Shown here piece after piece: positions 8,273-19,000 of a stretch of DNA of 64,000 nt (position 1 is its first letter; each line of letters opens with the position of its first letter). The position numbers were made by a program, and so were the translations under genes. Location: the IMG/VR virus record IMGVR_UViG_3300024255_000002, one strand, 5' to 3'. The notes under the pieces were generated by a model. The model had not been told where the DNA came from and did no database searches. It saw nothing but the letters and a program-made list of their open reading frames with translations. Origin of the DNA: a virus.

Positions 8273-11200
8273 ATGTCAAAACAATTAATCAATATAGGAA
8301 CATTACCCAACGATAACACTGGTGACCCGATTAGAGACGGTGGTGATAAAATTAACGATAATTTTAATGAAATCTACGGTGCAATCGGTGATGGTTCTAC
8401 TTTATCAATTGACGTTTCAAATCCTGTAAACGGTGAGGCATTAATATATAACTCATCAACAGGCAAGTTTGAATCAAACTCAATTGGTGCCGTTCTTTCA
8501 ACACTTACAATTACAGACGATTCATCATCTTCTATAGGTATTGATTTAACAACTGATCAATTAGATGTTACTGGTGGATTAGGTATTGTTTCATCTGTTA
8601 CAGGTACTCGATTAAAATTAGATATTGATCAATCAATTGTAATTACACAAACAGGAACAGAAACATTATCTAATAAAACACTTGATGGTCTTTCAAATAC
8701 ATTTACAAATATACCAAACTCTGCTTTAGTAAATTCAGAATTAACAATAATGGATAGCACATCAACTACTGATTCAGTAGCACTTGGTGAAACTCTACAT
8801 ATAACAGGAGGCAGTACTATCACAACTTCAGTTGCCAACAATGTTTTAACAATTGACTTGGCACCTGCTTTTAAAGAATTCACAATAAGAGATAGTTCAT
8901 CAACTACTGATACAGTAGCACTTGGTGAAACTTTACATATAACAGGAAGTAACGCTATCACAACTTCAATTGCCAACAATGTTTTAACAATTGATTTGGC
9001 ACCTGCTTTTAAATGTACAACTTTAGGAACAACCGTATTAGAATTAGGATGTACAACAACTTGCTTAGAAGGCCTTACTTGTTTTGATTTAGCGTCTGGC
9101 GCTGAAATGAGATTAAGAGGATATCATCCTCTGGGACAATGCAACGTTGCTATTGGTACAACAGCAGACATACCAAACGCTGCTAACGCAAACTGTAACG
9201 TCTCTATAGGATATAATGCATTATGTGGTATTGTTGACGGAACAAATAACATTGCTATAGGAGTAAATGCTCTTTGTGGAATTTCAGATGGATATTGTAA
9301 TATTGCATTAGGTAAGTCTGTTTTGACAAAAGCAGCTCACGGATGCAATAACGTTGCAATTGGGGCAAACATTATGGGAAGCATGTGTGCTGCTTCTAGT
9401 TGCAATGTGTCTTGCAACATTATGCTTGGAGTTAGTTTATTTGATAGTACAAATCCAAGTACATTTACCAGAAATATTGTATTTGGGCAACAAAGTGGTA
9501 ATTGTGTTACTTCTAATGCTCAGGAAAACGTTATTATTGGACGATGTAATTTTCGTAATGCAGTTAGTAACGTTAGTTATAATGTTGCTATAGGTAGAGG
9601 TGCTAGTGGAAATGCTACAGGAAATGATAATATTAGTATTGGAACATCCGCTGGTGAAAACTCAATAACTGGTTATCAAATTGCTATCGGAAGAAGTGCA
9701 GCTTCAAGGGTACAAACATGCTCTGATTGTTGGCAGTGTACTGGAGCAAATAGTTTAACAACAGGCAATCCACCTGCTGTATGTTCTAGTTATAGTGGTA
9801 TTCCAAATTGGTCAAGTAACAATAAGTATGGATGTAACTTTGAACAAACAGCAAACCTTGCAATTGGTAATTTTGCAATGAACTGTGTTTTGTTTGCCGA
9901 TACCAATGTCGTTATAGGACACAATGCGGCTGGGGCTACATGTAATAATACTTTATGTGGAGTTGACACAGGACTTAAAGATTCAGTTGTTTTAGGTAAT
10001 ACTTCAGCAATGAACAATACGCTTGAGGGATCAATTGTTATTGGTAATAGAGCATTTACTTGTATGTGTGATATGTCAGGTGTTCACAATGGAAATCAAG
10101 TACCAACTTTAGCACATTCATTTAACGATGTAATTATTGGAACTGATGCTCTTCAAAGTATTGATGCCAATACATGCTCTTCTGGATGTAACTCATGTGA
10201 AAACGTAGTTTTGGGGGCATATGCCGCTCAACATGTAAGAGGACTAAGTGGTTCAGTTATTATTGGTGCTTGTGCTTATCAATGTGATTTTACTTCCCCG
10301 TTCCATGATGATGTTACAACTGGTGTTGTAGTAGTTGGTGAGGACGGAATGAACAGTTTTTCTTCAACTGATTATTCACCTTGGATAACTGCTGTTGGCG
10401 CTAGTGCTGGACTTTTTACATCATCTGGAGCAGGTATTACTTTACTCGGAACAAATACTTTTGCAAACAATTCACTTTCAGCTTATGGTATGGTTGTGGT
10501 CGGAGACAATGCTCACACGGGTCCATCACATGGTGATTTTGGTGTTGCAAATAACACAATTGTAGGTTCTCATGCTGCTAATAGTTTACATCAAGGATGT
10601 TCAAGTATTGATAGAACTGGATTTAACACTATCATAGGTTCTCATGCAGCTACTGGATTAACTAATTTCATTGATGGACCATCGGGACCTTATTGGTGCT
10701 CTAGTGTTTATGATTTGCGAGATGGATGTAATAACATTATTATAGGATATGCAGCTGCACCATCAGCACAAATTGTTGATGATGAAATTACAATTGGTAA
10801 CCCAGCAAATACAAAATTTAGATTACCTGGTGTTCAGGCAAGTGCTGTAGATGGCCAAGTCTTAACACATAATGCTTCAACAGGATACTTAGAATTACAA
10901 GACGCAGGTGGTGGAACATTAAACGTAATAGATGATAGTTCAACTGCTGTTGCGATAACATTATCAACTGAACAATTACAGATTGCTGGTGGGGCAGGTA
11001 TTACAACATCTGCTTCTGGTAATACAATTACAATATCAAACTCAGCATCTGGTTCTTTAAGTGTATTAGACGATAGTTCAACATCAATTAGTATAGATTT
11101 AGGAACTGAAAGTTTAACACTTGTTGGTGGAACAGGAATTACAACATCTGCTTCAGGCAACACAGTAACTATTGCTAAAAGTTCTAACTCATACAGTACA

Positions 11201-11398
11201 CAGAAATTTACAGGTGATGAATCAACAAGTGCATTTACATTAAATCAAAGTGGAAGAACTGTTGATGATGTATTTGTAATTGTAAATGGAATAGTTTTAG
11301 TTCCAACAGATGACTATACAATTTCAGGAACAACATTAACTTTCGTTCTTGCCCCATCGGCAAGTTCAGAAATACAAGTAAGGTATTTACCTCTATAA
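8273..11398 (+). CDS. Baseplate-anchored tail fibre with a gp9/gp10-like N-terminus and a Cys-rich YadA-like beta-roll
   Basis: MSKQLINIG..PNDNTGDPIRDGGDKINDNFNEIY; many NxAIG repeats; 33 Cys counted. Confidence 0.85.
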   Translation: MSKQLINIGTLPNDNTGDPIRDGGDKINDNFNEIYGAIGDGSTLSIDVSNPVNGEALIYNSSTGKFESNSIGAVLSTLTITDDSSSSIGIDLTTDQLDVTGGLGIVSSVTGTRLKLDIDQSIVITQTGTETLSNKTLDGLSNTFTNIPNSALVNSELTIMDSTSTTDSVALGETLHITGGSTITTSVANNVLTIDLAPAFKEFTIRDSSSTTDTVALGETLHITGSNAITTSIANNVLTIDLAPAFKCTTLGTTVLELGCTTTCLEGLTCFDLASGAEMRLRGYHPLGQCNVAIGTTADIPNAANANCNVSIGYNALCGIVDGTNNIAIGVNALCGISDGYCNIALGKSVLTKAAHGCNNVAIGANIMGSMCAASSCNVSCNIMLGVSLFDSTNPSTFTRNIVFGQQSGNCVTSNAQENVIIGRCNFRNAVSNVSYNVAIGRGASGNATGNDNISIGTSAGENSITGYQIAIGRSAASRVQTCSDCWQCTGANSLTTGNPPAVCSSYSGIPNWSSNNKYGCNFEQTANLAIGNFAMNCVLFADTNVVIGHNAAGATCNNTLCGVDTGLKDSVVLGNTSAMNNTLEGSIVIGNRAFTCMCDMSGVHNGNQVPTLAHSFNDVIIGTDALQSIDANTCSSGCNSCENVVLGAYAAQHVRGLSGSVIIGACAYQCDFTSPFHDDVTTGVVVVGEDGMNSFSSTDYSPWITAVGASAGLFTSSGAGITLLGTNTFANNSLSAYGMVVVGDNAHTGPSHGDFGVANNTIVGSHAANSLHQGCSSIDRTGFNTIIGSHAATGLTNFIDGPSGPYWCSSVYDLRDGCNNIIIGYAAAPSAQIVDDEITIGNPANTKFRLPGVQASAVDGQVLTHNASTGYLELQDAGGGTLNVIDDSSTAVAITLSTEQLQIAGGAGITTSASGNTITISNSASGSLSVLDDSSTSISIDLGTESLTLVGGTGITTSASGNTVTIAKSSNSYSTQKFTGDESTSAFTLNQSGRTVDDVFVIVNGIVLVPTDDYTISGTTLTFVLAPSASSEIQVRYLPL
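8741..9013 (+). repeat. 138-bp (46-aa) internal tandem duplication in the fibre gene
   Basis: Two near-identical units TTD(S/T)VALGETLHITG...ITTS(V/I)ANNVLTIDLAPAFK. Confidence 0.9.
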
Positions 11399-11408
11399 GG
11401 AATAAAAT

Positions 11409-12584
11409 ATGGGACAAATAACAAGAACATTTCCAAACTTTCTTCTTCCTAATGGAACAGTAGAAATACAAGGACAACAAGAAGATCCAAATCCAACATT
11501 GGCAGGTGACTTAGATGTTTCAACACAGGCAATAATATCTACTAATGATGGTGATATTAATATCACTCCTGATGGAACTGGAAGTATTGTATTAGATGGA
11601 TTATCTTGGCCACAATCAGATGGTTCTGCAAATCAACTTATATCAACTGATGGTGCTGGTAATCTTATTTTTACAGATAATACAATTACAATAAGAGACG
11701 CAAGTTCAACAACAGACACAGTTGCTTTAGGAGAAATCTTAACTATACAAGGAACAAATGGAATTTCAGCAAGTGTTACAAGTAACACAATAACAATTGA
11801 TGGTGCAAATATTAACTCATACACAGACTCAGACGTTGACGCACATATAAACACATCATCTGCTACAATTAATCAATATTTAACTTGGTCAGGAACAGAT
11901 TATGTTTGGGCACCACCTCCATCAACTCCAAATCAATATACAGACTCAGACGTTGATACACATTTAAATCAATCATCTGCTTCTACTAATCAAGTATTAA
12001 GTTGGAGTGGAACAGATTATGCTTGGGTAACACAAACAGCTCCAACAACACTTGGTGCTTTAACAGACGTAAATACTTCAAGTATAGATAATGGTTATTT
12101 AGTTTATTCAGCAATAGCAGGATCACATAATGTACAAGCATTAAATATTGAACATGATACATCACCTTCTTTAGGTGGAGATTTAGATACTAATGATAAA
12201 AACATTACTGGTGGTTTAAAATTATCTGATAGTGGAATTATTGAATCATTTTTAACATCATCTGGTGCGGCTTCAACAATTAATCTATCTGCTTTAGTGT
12301 CTCATAGTTTATTTCTTAGTGGTGCATCTAATAATAAAACTTTAAATGTAACTAATTTATCATTATCGTCTGCACAAGGAACTAATATTACAGCAATATG
12401 GAATCAAGGTTCAACACCTTATATGATAACTGTATTAAATGTTAATGGTACAAGCACTACAATTAATTGGCAAGGTGGTTCAACACCATCTGGCACTGCT
12501 AATGGTGTAGATATAATTTCATTTACAATCTACTACACAGGAAGTTCTTATGTTGTTACAGGACAATCTGTTAGTTTCTCATAG
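11409..12584 (+). CDS. Tail fibre / virion structural protein
   Basis: DPNPTLAGDLD, PQSDGSANQ, duplicated YTDSDVD-H-N...WSGTDY unit, C-terminal WQGG.TPS...DII domain. Confidence 0.75.
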   Translation: MGQITRTFPNFLLPNGTVEIQGQQEDPNPTLAGDLDVSTQAIISTNDGDINITPDGTGSIVLDGLSWPQSDGSANQLISTDGAGNLIFTDNTITIRDASSTTDTVALGEILTIQGTNGISASVTSNTITIDGANINSYTDSDVDAHINTSSATINQYLTWSGTDYVWAPPPSTPNQYTDSDVDTHLNQSSASTNQVLSWSGTDYAWVTQTAPTTLGALTDVNTSSIDNGYLVYSAIAGSHNVQALNIEHDTSPSLGGDLDTNDKNITGGLKLSDSGIIESFLTSSGAASTINLSALVSHSLFLSGASNNKTLNVTNLSLSSAQGTNITAIWNQGSTPYMITVLNVNGTSTTINWQGGSTPSGTANGVDIISFTIYYTGSSYVVTGQSVSFS

Positions 12585-12592
12585 GAGATAAC

Positions 12593-13456
12593 ATGGGTTC
12601 GTCATTTAGTTCAATAGGACATTCAATGGGAAGAAGAGCAACTTCTTCACCTGCCACTCCATGGGCACCATCTGATTTAGGATCTCTTGCTTGGTGGGTT
12701 GACATTGATGATAGTAGTAGTAGATCAACATCAGGAACTACAATAATAGGATTAACAGATAAGGCTGGAAAACACAGTTTTGATATAGGTGGTACTCCAA
12801 CAATTGTAACTAATGGATTAAATAGTAGAGACGTTGCAGATTTTAATGGTAGTAGTGAATATATCCAAAGTGGAAGTTATACAAATAGTCAAGTTAGTAG
12901 TGGTAATCACTGGTCCGTGGGAGTGTTTCAATATCATGGAACAAACTCTAGCCAAGATTCATTTTGGTCAGTAGAAACTAATCAAAGTCCAAAAAGAGAT
13001 TATGCCATAAGTTCAGGTGCGAGTAATAATACTTGGCCTGGAGAATTAGATTTAGATGGACTATCTTCAAATAGAATCAGTTCAGTAATTGGTAATCTTC
13101 AACAATGGAATCTTTTAAGTTTATCATCTTTCAATTGGTATATTGTCGGTGTATTTTTTAATAAATCAGGAAATCAAATCGGTCTTAGAGTAAATGGTCA
13201 AAACGCATTTAATCCAGTAAATGATTATGATAACTCTTTACAGACAAATCAACAAGTAAGATTTATGAGAAATAGATCATCACAAGAATTAGACGGAAGA
13301 ATGGCAGAATCACTTGCTTATGCAAGACAACCAGGAACAAGTGGTACTGATATGAGTTACTTTGAAATTGCTGAAGGATACTTGGCACATAAATGGGGAT
13401 TAACTGGTGGTTTGCCAAGTAATCATCCTTATAAGTCTTCGGCACCTACTGTTTAA
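12593..13456 (+). CDS. LamG/concanavalin-like receptor-binding protein
   Basis: W.PSDL...WVDIDD, EGYLAHKWGL..LP..HPYK C-terminal motif. Confidence 0.65.
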   Translation: MGSSFSSIGHSMGRRATSSPATPWAPSDLGSLAWWVDIDDSSSRSTSGTTIIGLTDKAGKHSFDIGGTPTIVTNGLNSRDVADFNGSSEYIQSGSYTNSQVSSGNHWSVGVFQYHGTNSSQDSFWSVETNQSPKRDYAISSGASNNTWPGELDLDGLSSNRISSVIGNLQQWNLLSLSSFNWYIVGVFFNKSGNQIGLRVNGQNAFNPVNDYDNSLQTNQQVRFMRNRSSQELDGRMAESLAYARQPGTSGTDMSYFEIAEGYLAHKWGLTGGLPSNHPYKSSAPTV

Positions 13457-13460
13457 GGGA

Positions 13461-13470
13461 CGTATATATA
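13461..13470 (+). promoter_or_regulatory. Late-promoter variant CGTATATATA
   Basis: Same 10-mer at 24000 and 30409. Confidence 0.5.
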
Positions 13471-13504
13471 CTATTATTAAATTATTAAAAATTATGGAGT
13501 TATT

Positions 13505-14416
13505 ATGACATTAGACACTTATATAGTTGAAGGTGGAGTTGGTAAATGTTCAACGTTCACATCACTAGTAGATAAATTAACCGAAAAGGCAGGACAACCA
13601 ATACAAGTTTATACACCTTATGTTGGATGTTTTGCAAACAATCCAAATGTTAAATTAGCATTTGAACAAACAGTTCCTTTAAACGATAAAAGAATAATGA
13701 GTAGTGATAATATTTACTATTCAGAACCTTACAAATCAAATTTTCAATTTGGTGATCAACATTTGATTGAAGCATACAGTAAGTTACATGGTGTTGAATT
13801 TGAAAGAAGTATGGTTCCTAAAATGTTTACAGATCATTTAAAAGAATCAGTAGATAAATGGTTACTAGATAATAAAATTAACGATTATATTTTAATTCAG
13901 TTCTCTGGTGGTCAAAGTAGTTGGACAGGTGGCGCCGCTAATACTCCATATAATAATAATAATCCTGGCCGTATCTATCCACAATACTTAGCACAAACAG
14001 TTATTAACACAATCAAACAAGAATATCCCAAATTGACTATTATTGATTGTACATTACCAAATGAACCAAGTTATCAAGGAACTATCAAATGTCCTTTACA
14101 TTGGTCACAGTTACATGAATTACTTAAAAACGCAAAAGCATTTATCGGTATAGATTCATGTTTACAGCATTTTGCTGCTTCAACTAAAACAAGAGGTGTC
14201 ATTGTTTGGGGAAGTACAAGATGGACTCAATTTGGTTATACACATCATAAAAACTTACAATTTCATATGGGGAATAAGTGGAATGACAACAAATACGACC
14301 CTAGTGATCCTCGTAATATCATGGTAGAACCAGGAAAAGTATATGAGTCGTTCAAATCTATTATAGATCACCCTAAAGATAAAGATAAAATAGATGTAAA
14401 ATGTTCTTCGGAATGA
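13505..14416 (+). CDS. GT9-like (ADP-heptose/heptosyltransferase-type, GT-B fold) glycosyltransferase
   Basis: N-terminal GGVGK loop; FIGIDSCLQHFAA...VIVWGST...FGY signature. Confidence 0.85.
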   Translation: MTLDTYIVEGGVGKCSTFTSLVDKLTEKAGQPIQVYTPYVGCFANNPNVKLAFEQTVPLNDKRIMSSDNIYYSEPYKSNFQFGDQHLIEAYSKLHGVEFERSMVPKMFTDHLKESVDKWLLDNKINDYILIQFSGGQSSWTGGAANTPYNNNNPGRIYPQYLAQTVINTIKQEYPKLTIIDCTLPNEPSYQGTIKCPLHWSQLHELLKNAKAFIGIDSCLQHFAASTKTRGVIVWGSTRWTQFGYTHHKNLQFHMGNKWNDNKYDPSDPRNIMVEPGKVYESFKSIIDHPKDKDKIDVKCSSE

Positions 14417-14417
14417 T

Positions 14418-14456
14418 TATAAATATTAGAAACAATATTAATAAGTTATATAAATA
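14418..14456 (+). promoter_or_regulatory. Tandem late promoters
   Basis: TATAAATA at 14418 and 14449. Confidence 0.75.
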
Positions 14457-14472
14457 TTGAAAAGGATAAGAA

Positions 14473-15996
14473 ATGCCAGCAATAGTAACAAACAAATTTA
14501 GACTTAATAATGCCGAAAACTTTAGAGAGTCTTTCACAGAAACAAACCCTAATTACTACTATCTAGGTATCGGTAGAATTAGAGAATATGGTACTTTTAC
14601 AAGACCTGACGGAAGAACAGATTTTGAAGGTACTGAAACTATACCAGAAACTCCTGGTGATAGTGTAATAAACGAATTTAACAACTTTGATGAATTAATC
14701 GCTGCCAAAAGAATAACTGGTAACGATGTAGCATTAGTATGTCCAAGAAGAAATTGGATATCTGGAACAGTTTATGATATGTATAGACACGATTATGAAG
14801 AATATGTTCCTAATAGTTCATCAACAAGAAGAACATCAAATAGTGGTGCAACAACTTTGTTTGACGCATCCTACTATGTACTCACAACAGCAAGAAATGT
14901 TTACAAGTGTTTAGATAATAACAACGGTGCTACTTCAACAGTAGAACCAACTGGAACATCTACTACACCTTTTATAATTATGTCTGACGGATATAGATGG
15001 AAATACATTTACACATTAAGTGCTGCTCAACAAGTTAATTTCTTATCAACTGATTTTATGCCTGTGGCAACTGATTCTACTATTGCGGCTGCAGCCACTG
15101 ACGGAAGACTAGATGTTGTTTCTGTTGCAAATGGTGGAACTGGTTTTACAATTAACGGTGGTGGTTCTTCAGGAACTATTACAGGTGTTCCAATAAGAGG
15201 TGACTATTCTGCAAACGGTGGTTCTGCTGCCGAGTGTGAAGTAACTATACAAAGTGGTATTGTGACTTCAATTAATATCACATCAAATGGATCAGGATAC
15301 ACATATGCTTATATCACAGACGCTGATATTATTGCTGGAACAAATGCTGGTGGGACTGGTTCAGGTGCTGAACTAGATGTAATTATTCCACCTAAAGGTG
15401 GTCACGGTGCAAATGCTCCTGCTGAGTTAGGTGCTTTCTTTGTGATGATGACTACTACTTTAGAAGGAACTGAAAATGCCAATTCATTAGGAACTGGTGA
15501 CTTCACTGCTGCTAACGATTTTAGAAAAATCTCTTTAATTAAAGACCCTAAAGATCCAAACGGAACTGACTTAACTGATATTACAGCTAGAGGAACTTTT
15601 GCTGTTAAACTTTCTGCTTCTCCATCTCCAGGAACATTCTTAGTAGATGAAGAAATAAACCAGGCAACAACAGGTGCAACTGGTAAAGTAGTTGAGTGGG
15701 ATTCTTCAAACAATATTTTATACTTTTCACAGTTTAGACACAACGATGCTGGTGTCTCTACAAGTGGAGATCAAGTGCCATTTAGTGGTTCAGGTGTAAT
15801 TTCTGCTCCTGGTTCAAGTGCAACAGGAACTCCTGATATATCTACACAAACTATAAACGCTGTTTCGTTTATAAGTGGTTATTCAGTACCAGAAATTAAA
15901 CATGACTCTGGTGATGTTTTATATGTTGAGAATAGAGTTAGAATTGCAAGAGCTATTGATCAGACTGAGAATATAAAATTAATTATCGAATTTTAA
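14473..15996 (+). CDS. gp8: Baseplate wedge subunit gp8
   Basis: PRRNW..GTVYDMY, VYKCLDN, DGYRWKYIY, SGDVLYVENR, QTENIKLIIEF. Confidence 0.92.
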   Translation: MPAIVTNKFRLNNAENFRESFTETNPNYYYLGIGRIREYGTFTRPDGRTDFEGTETIPETPGDSVINEFNNFDELIAAKRITGNDVALVCPRRNWISGTVYDMYRHDYEEYVPNSSSTRRTSNSGATTLFDASYYVLTTARNVYKCLDNNNGATSTVEPTGTSTTPFIIMSDGYRWKYIYTLSAAQQVNFLSTDFMPVATDSTIAAAATDGRLDVVSVANGGTGFTINGGGSSGTITGVPIRGDYSANGGSAAECEVTIQSGIVTSINITSNGSGYTYAYITDADIIAGTNAGGTGSGAELDVIIPPKGGHGANAPAELGAFFVMMTTTLEGTENANSLGTGDFTAANDFRKISLIKDPKDPNGTDLTDITARGTFAVKLSASPSPGTFLVDEEINQATTGATGKVVEWDSSNNILYFSQFRHNDAGVSTSGDQVPFSGSGVISAPGSSATGTPDISTQTINAVSFISGYSVPEIKHDSGDVLYVENRVRIARAIDQTENIKLIIEF

Positions 15997-16011
15997 TGTA
16001 AAGGGAAATAA

Positions 16012-19000
16012 ATGCCAAGTCCAACTGATTTTAACATCAGCCCATATTTTGATGATTTTGATGAAACAAAAAACTATCATCGTATTTTGTTTAGACCATC
16101 TTTTGCTGTTCAAGCAAGAGAACTAACACAATCTCAAACAATATTACAAAACCAAGTTGAGAAAATGGGTGACCACTTCTTTAAACAAGGGTCAATGGTT
16201 ATCCCTGGACAACTTTCAATAGATACAAATTATACTGCCGTAAAACTTACATCTAAATCAAATTCAGATTTAAATGCTTACTTAAACCAAAACTTATTAG
16301 GTGATACTTCTAAAGTTGGTGCTACAGTTATTAAAGTAGTTGCTTCAGATGGAACTGATCCAGATACTTTATACATCAAATACACATCAGCAGATTCAGT
16401 AAACAATGTTAAAACTGTTTTTGATGATGGAGAAACAGTAACGGCACAAGGTTCAGGTGATACATTTGTTGTTGATACAACAGCAACTGGTTCTGCCGCT
16501 GGTATTGAGGCAGGAATATATTACATTAACGGATATATGGTTAGAGTTGAGTCTTCATCATTAGTTTTAGACAAATATACAAATCAACCAAGTTATAGAA
16601 TTGGACTACAAGTAACTGAAAGTTTTATTACATCTGGAGATGATACTTCTTTGGATGACAATGCTCAAGGATATTCAAACGCAAATGCTCCTGGTGCTCA
16701 CAGATTAAAAGTTACTTTATCACTTTCAAAAAGAACTTTATCATCAACTGAAGATTCTAACTTTTATGAAATTGCTAGAGTTAAAGATGGTATTATTCTT
16801 TCACAAGTTAGATCAACAGAATATGCTGTATTAGAAGACACACTTGCTAGAAGAACTTTCGATGAATCAGGAGATTATGTTTTAAGTAATCCTGATTTTG
16901 AAGTAAGAGAACATTTAAAAGATACAACAAGTTCGGATACTGATATAGTTAGAGGTATTTACTTATCATCTGAAGGTGGATTAGAATCTAAATTAGCAAT
17001 TGGTATTTCACCATTTAAAGCATATGTTAATGGTTATGAAAATGAAAACATGGCCACAAACTTTGTTAATTTAAATAAAGGAAGAGATTTTACAACTATC
17101 AATAATAACAAAACAACTTTCGATGTAGATAACTTTGTTAATGTTTCAAACATTTATAATACACCTGATTTTGCTGAATTTGGTGCTTCAGTTGAGGCAT
17201 TTAAATCAGTTAATTTACATGATGTTGCTACAGACACAAAAGGTGTTGAAAGAGCAACAAGTGGTGCAATTGTTCCACAAATTGGTAGAGCAAAAAGTAG
17301 AGGATTTGAAACTTCATTAGCATTAGATACAGACGCTAATTTAATATTAGACGATACATCAGTTTACAAACATTATCTATTTGATATAGAAATGTTTACA
17401 CACTTAAACTTATTAGACAATACATCTTTCACAACAGGTGACACTGTTTCTGGATCAACTTCAGGCGCTTCTGGTGTTGTACAAAATTCAAGTGTTGCTC
17501 ACAGTGAAGGTATTACATCTATTAATACTTCAAACAGTGTAGTAACTGCTTCAGGAACTTTAGGATTAAAAGATGGTCAGCAAATAAAATTCTTATCACC
17601 TGTATTTGAGGTTGATAGTGTTGCTGTAACTACAAGTGATGTATTTACAGTAAGAAATGCTGATTACAGTGCTAACACATTTGAGTTATATAAATCAGAT
17701 GGAACAACAATCGCTAACGTTACGGCATTTACAAGTACAGGAAATGCTACTCATGGAGTTTTAGTTCTTGCAAACGTTGAAGGAACATTTGCTTCTGGAG
17801 AAGTTGTAACAAACGACAGTTCGGCATCTGCTACAGTTCAAAATACAGTATTAGGACTTTCTGGTGCTTCAGTAAAAGAATTTAGTTCAGTTAAACAAAT
17901 TGCAATGGATGGAACACCACCATATACATCTGATACATCTTTGTCAACTGCTTATGGTGATAACACAACATTAGTTGGAAACATCTCAATTGCAAACTCT
18001 AGTAAGAACATATTAGGAAAAGGAACTTTCTTTTTAACAGATTTAAAACCTGGTGATCAAATTTCATTTGATACAGACACAGGTAACAACATAACAAAAA
18101 CAGTTGCATATATTGTTTCAGACACATCATTATTCTTAACAAGTAATGTTGGTGGAAGTGATGTTACTACTGCAGGTATTCTTGTAAGACAAAGAACAAA
18201 AATTAATAGTCCTGAAAACAATATTATGGTATTTAAATTACCATACGATAATGTTAAGACATTAAAGACAACTTTAAATAACTTTGTTACAGATACAAAC
18301 TACAAAGTTAGAAGACAAAAAACTGAAGTTATCAACTCATCAAATCAAATTACTATTACATTAGGAAATGGTGAAACGTTTTCAACGTTTAACTCAAAAG
18401 ATTATTCTGCTAGTGTAACAGTTGGTTCAGATATTGGTAAAGTATTTAAACTAGACTCTATGTTTACTTTAAATCTGGCACAAACTGAACTTGTTTTAGA
18501 TTTTGGTGGATATAACGGTCAAACAGTTAAAATAACTTATTCAGTTAATAAACCATTAGTAAACTCAAAAACAAAAACTTTAACAAACGTTTCAAGTTTA
18601 TCTATTACAAACTACACAGACAGTGTTATTAGTTTAGGTAAGGCCGATGTTTATAGAGTTAATTCAATTACAATGGGTGGTGATGACATTACAGATAGAT
18701 TTGTTTTAGATACAGGACAAAGAGATAACTTCTATGATATTGGAAGAATAAAATTAAAAACTGGTGCCATAAAACCTACAGCTAATTTAACAATAGACTT
18801 TGATTATTTTGAACACGGCAGTGGAGATTATTTTGATGTTGATAGTTACAACGCTCAAGTTGAATACGAAAATATACCGTCTTATACATCTGACACTACT
18901 GGTGCAACATATGAATTGAGAGATAGTTTGGACTTTAGACCACGAGTTGAAGACGCCTCTACTATTAACAGTGGTGGGACAGACAGACAATTTGATGGTA

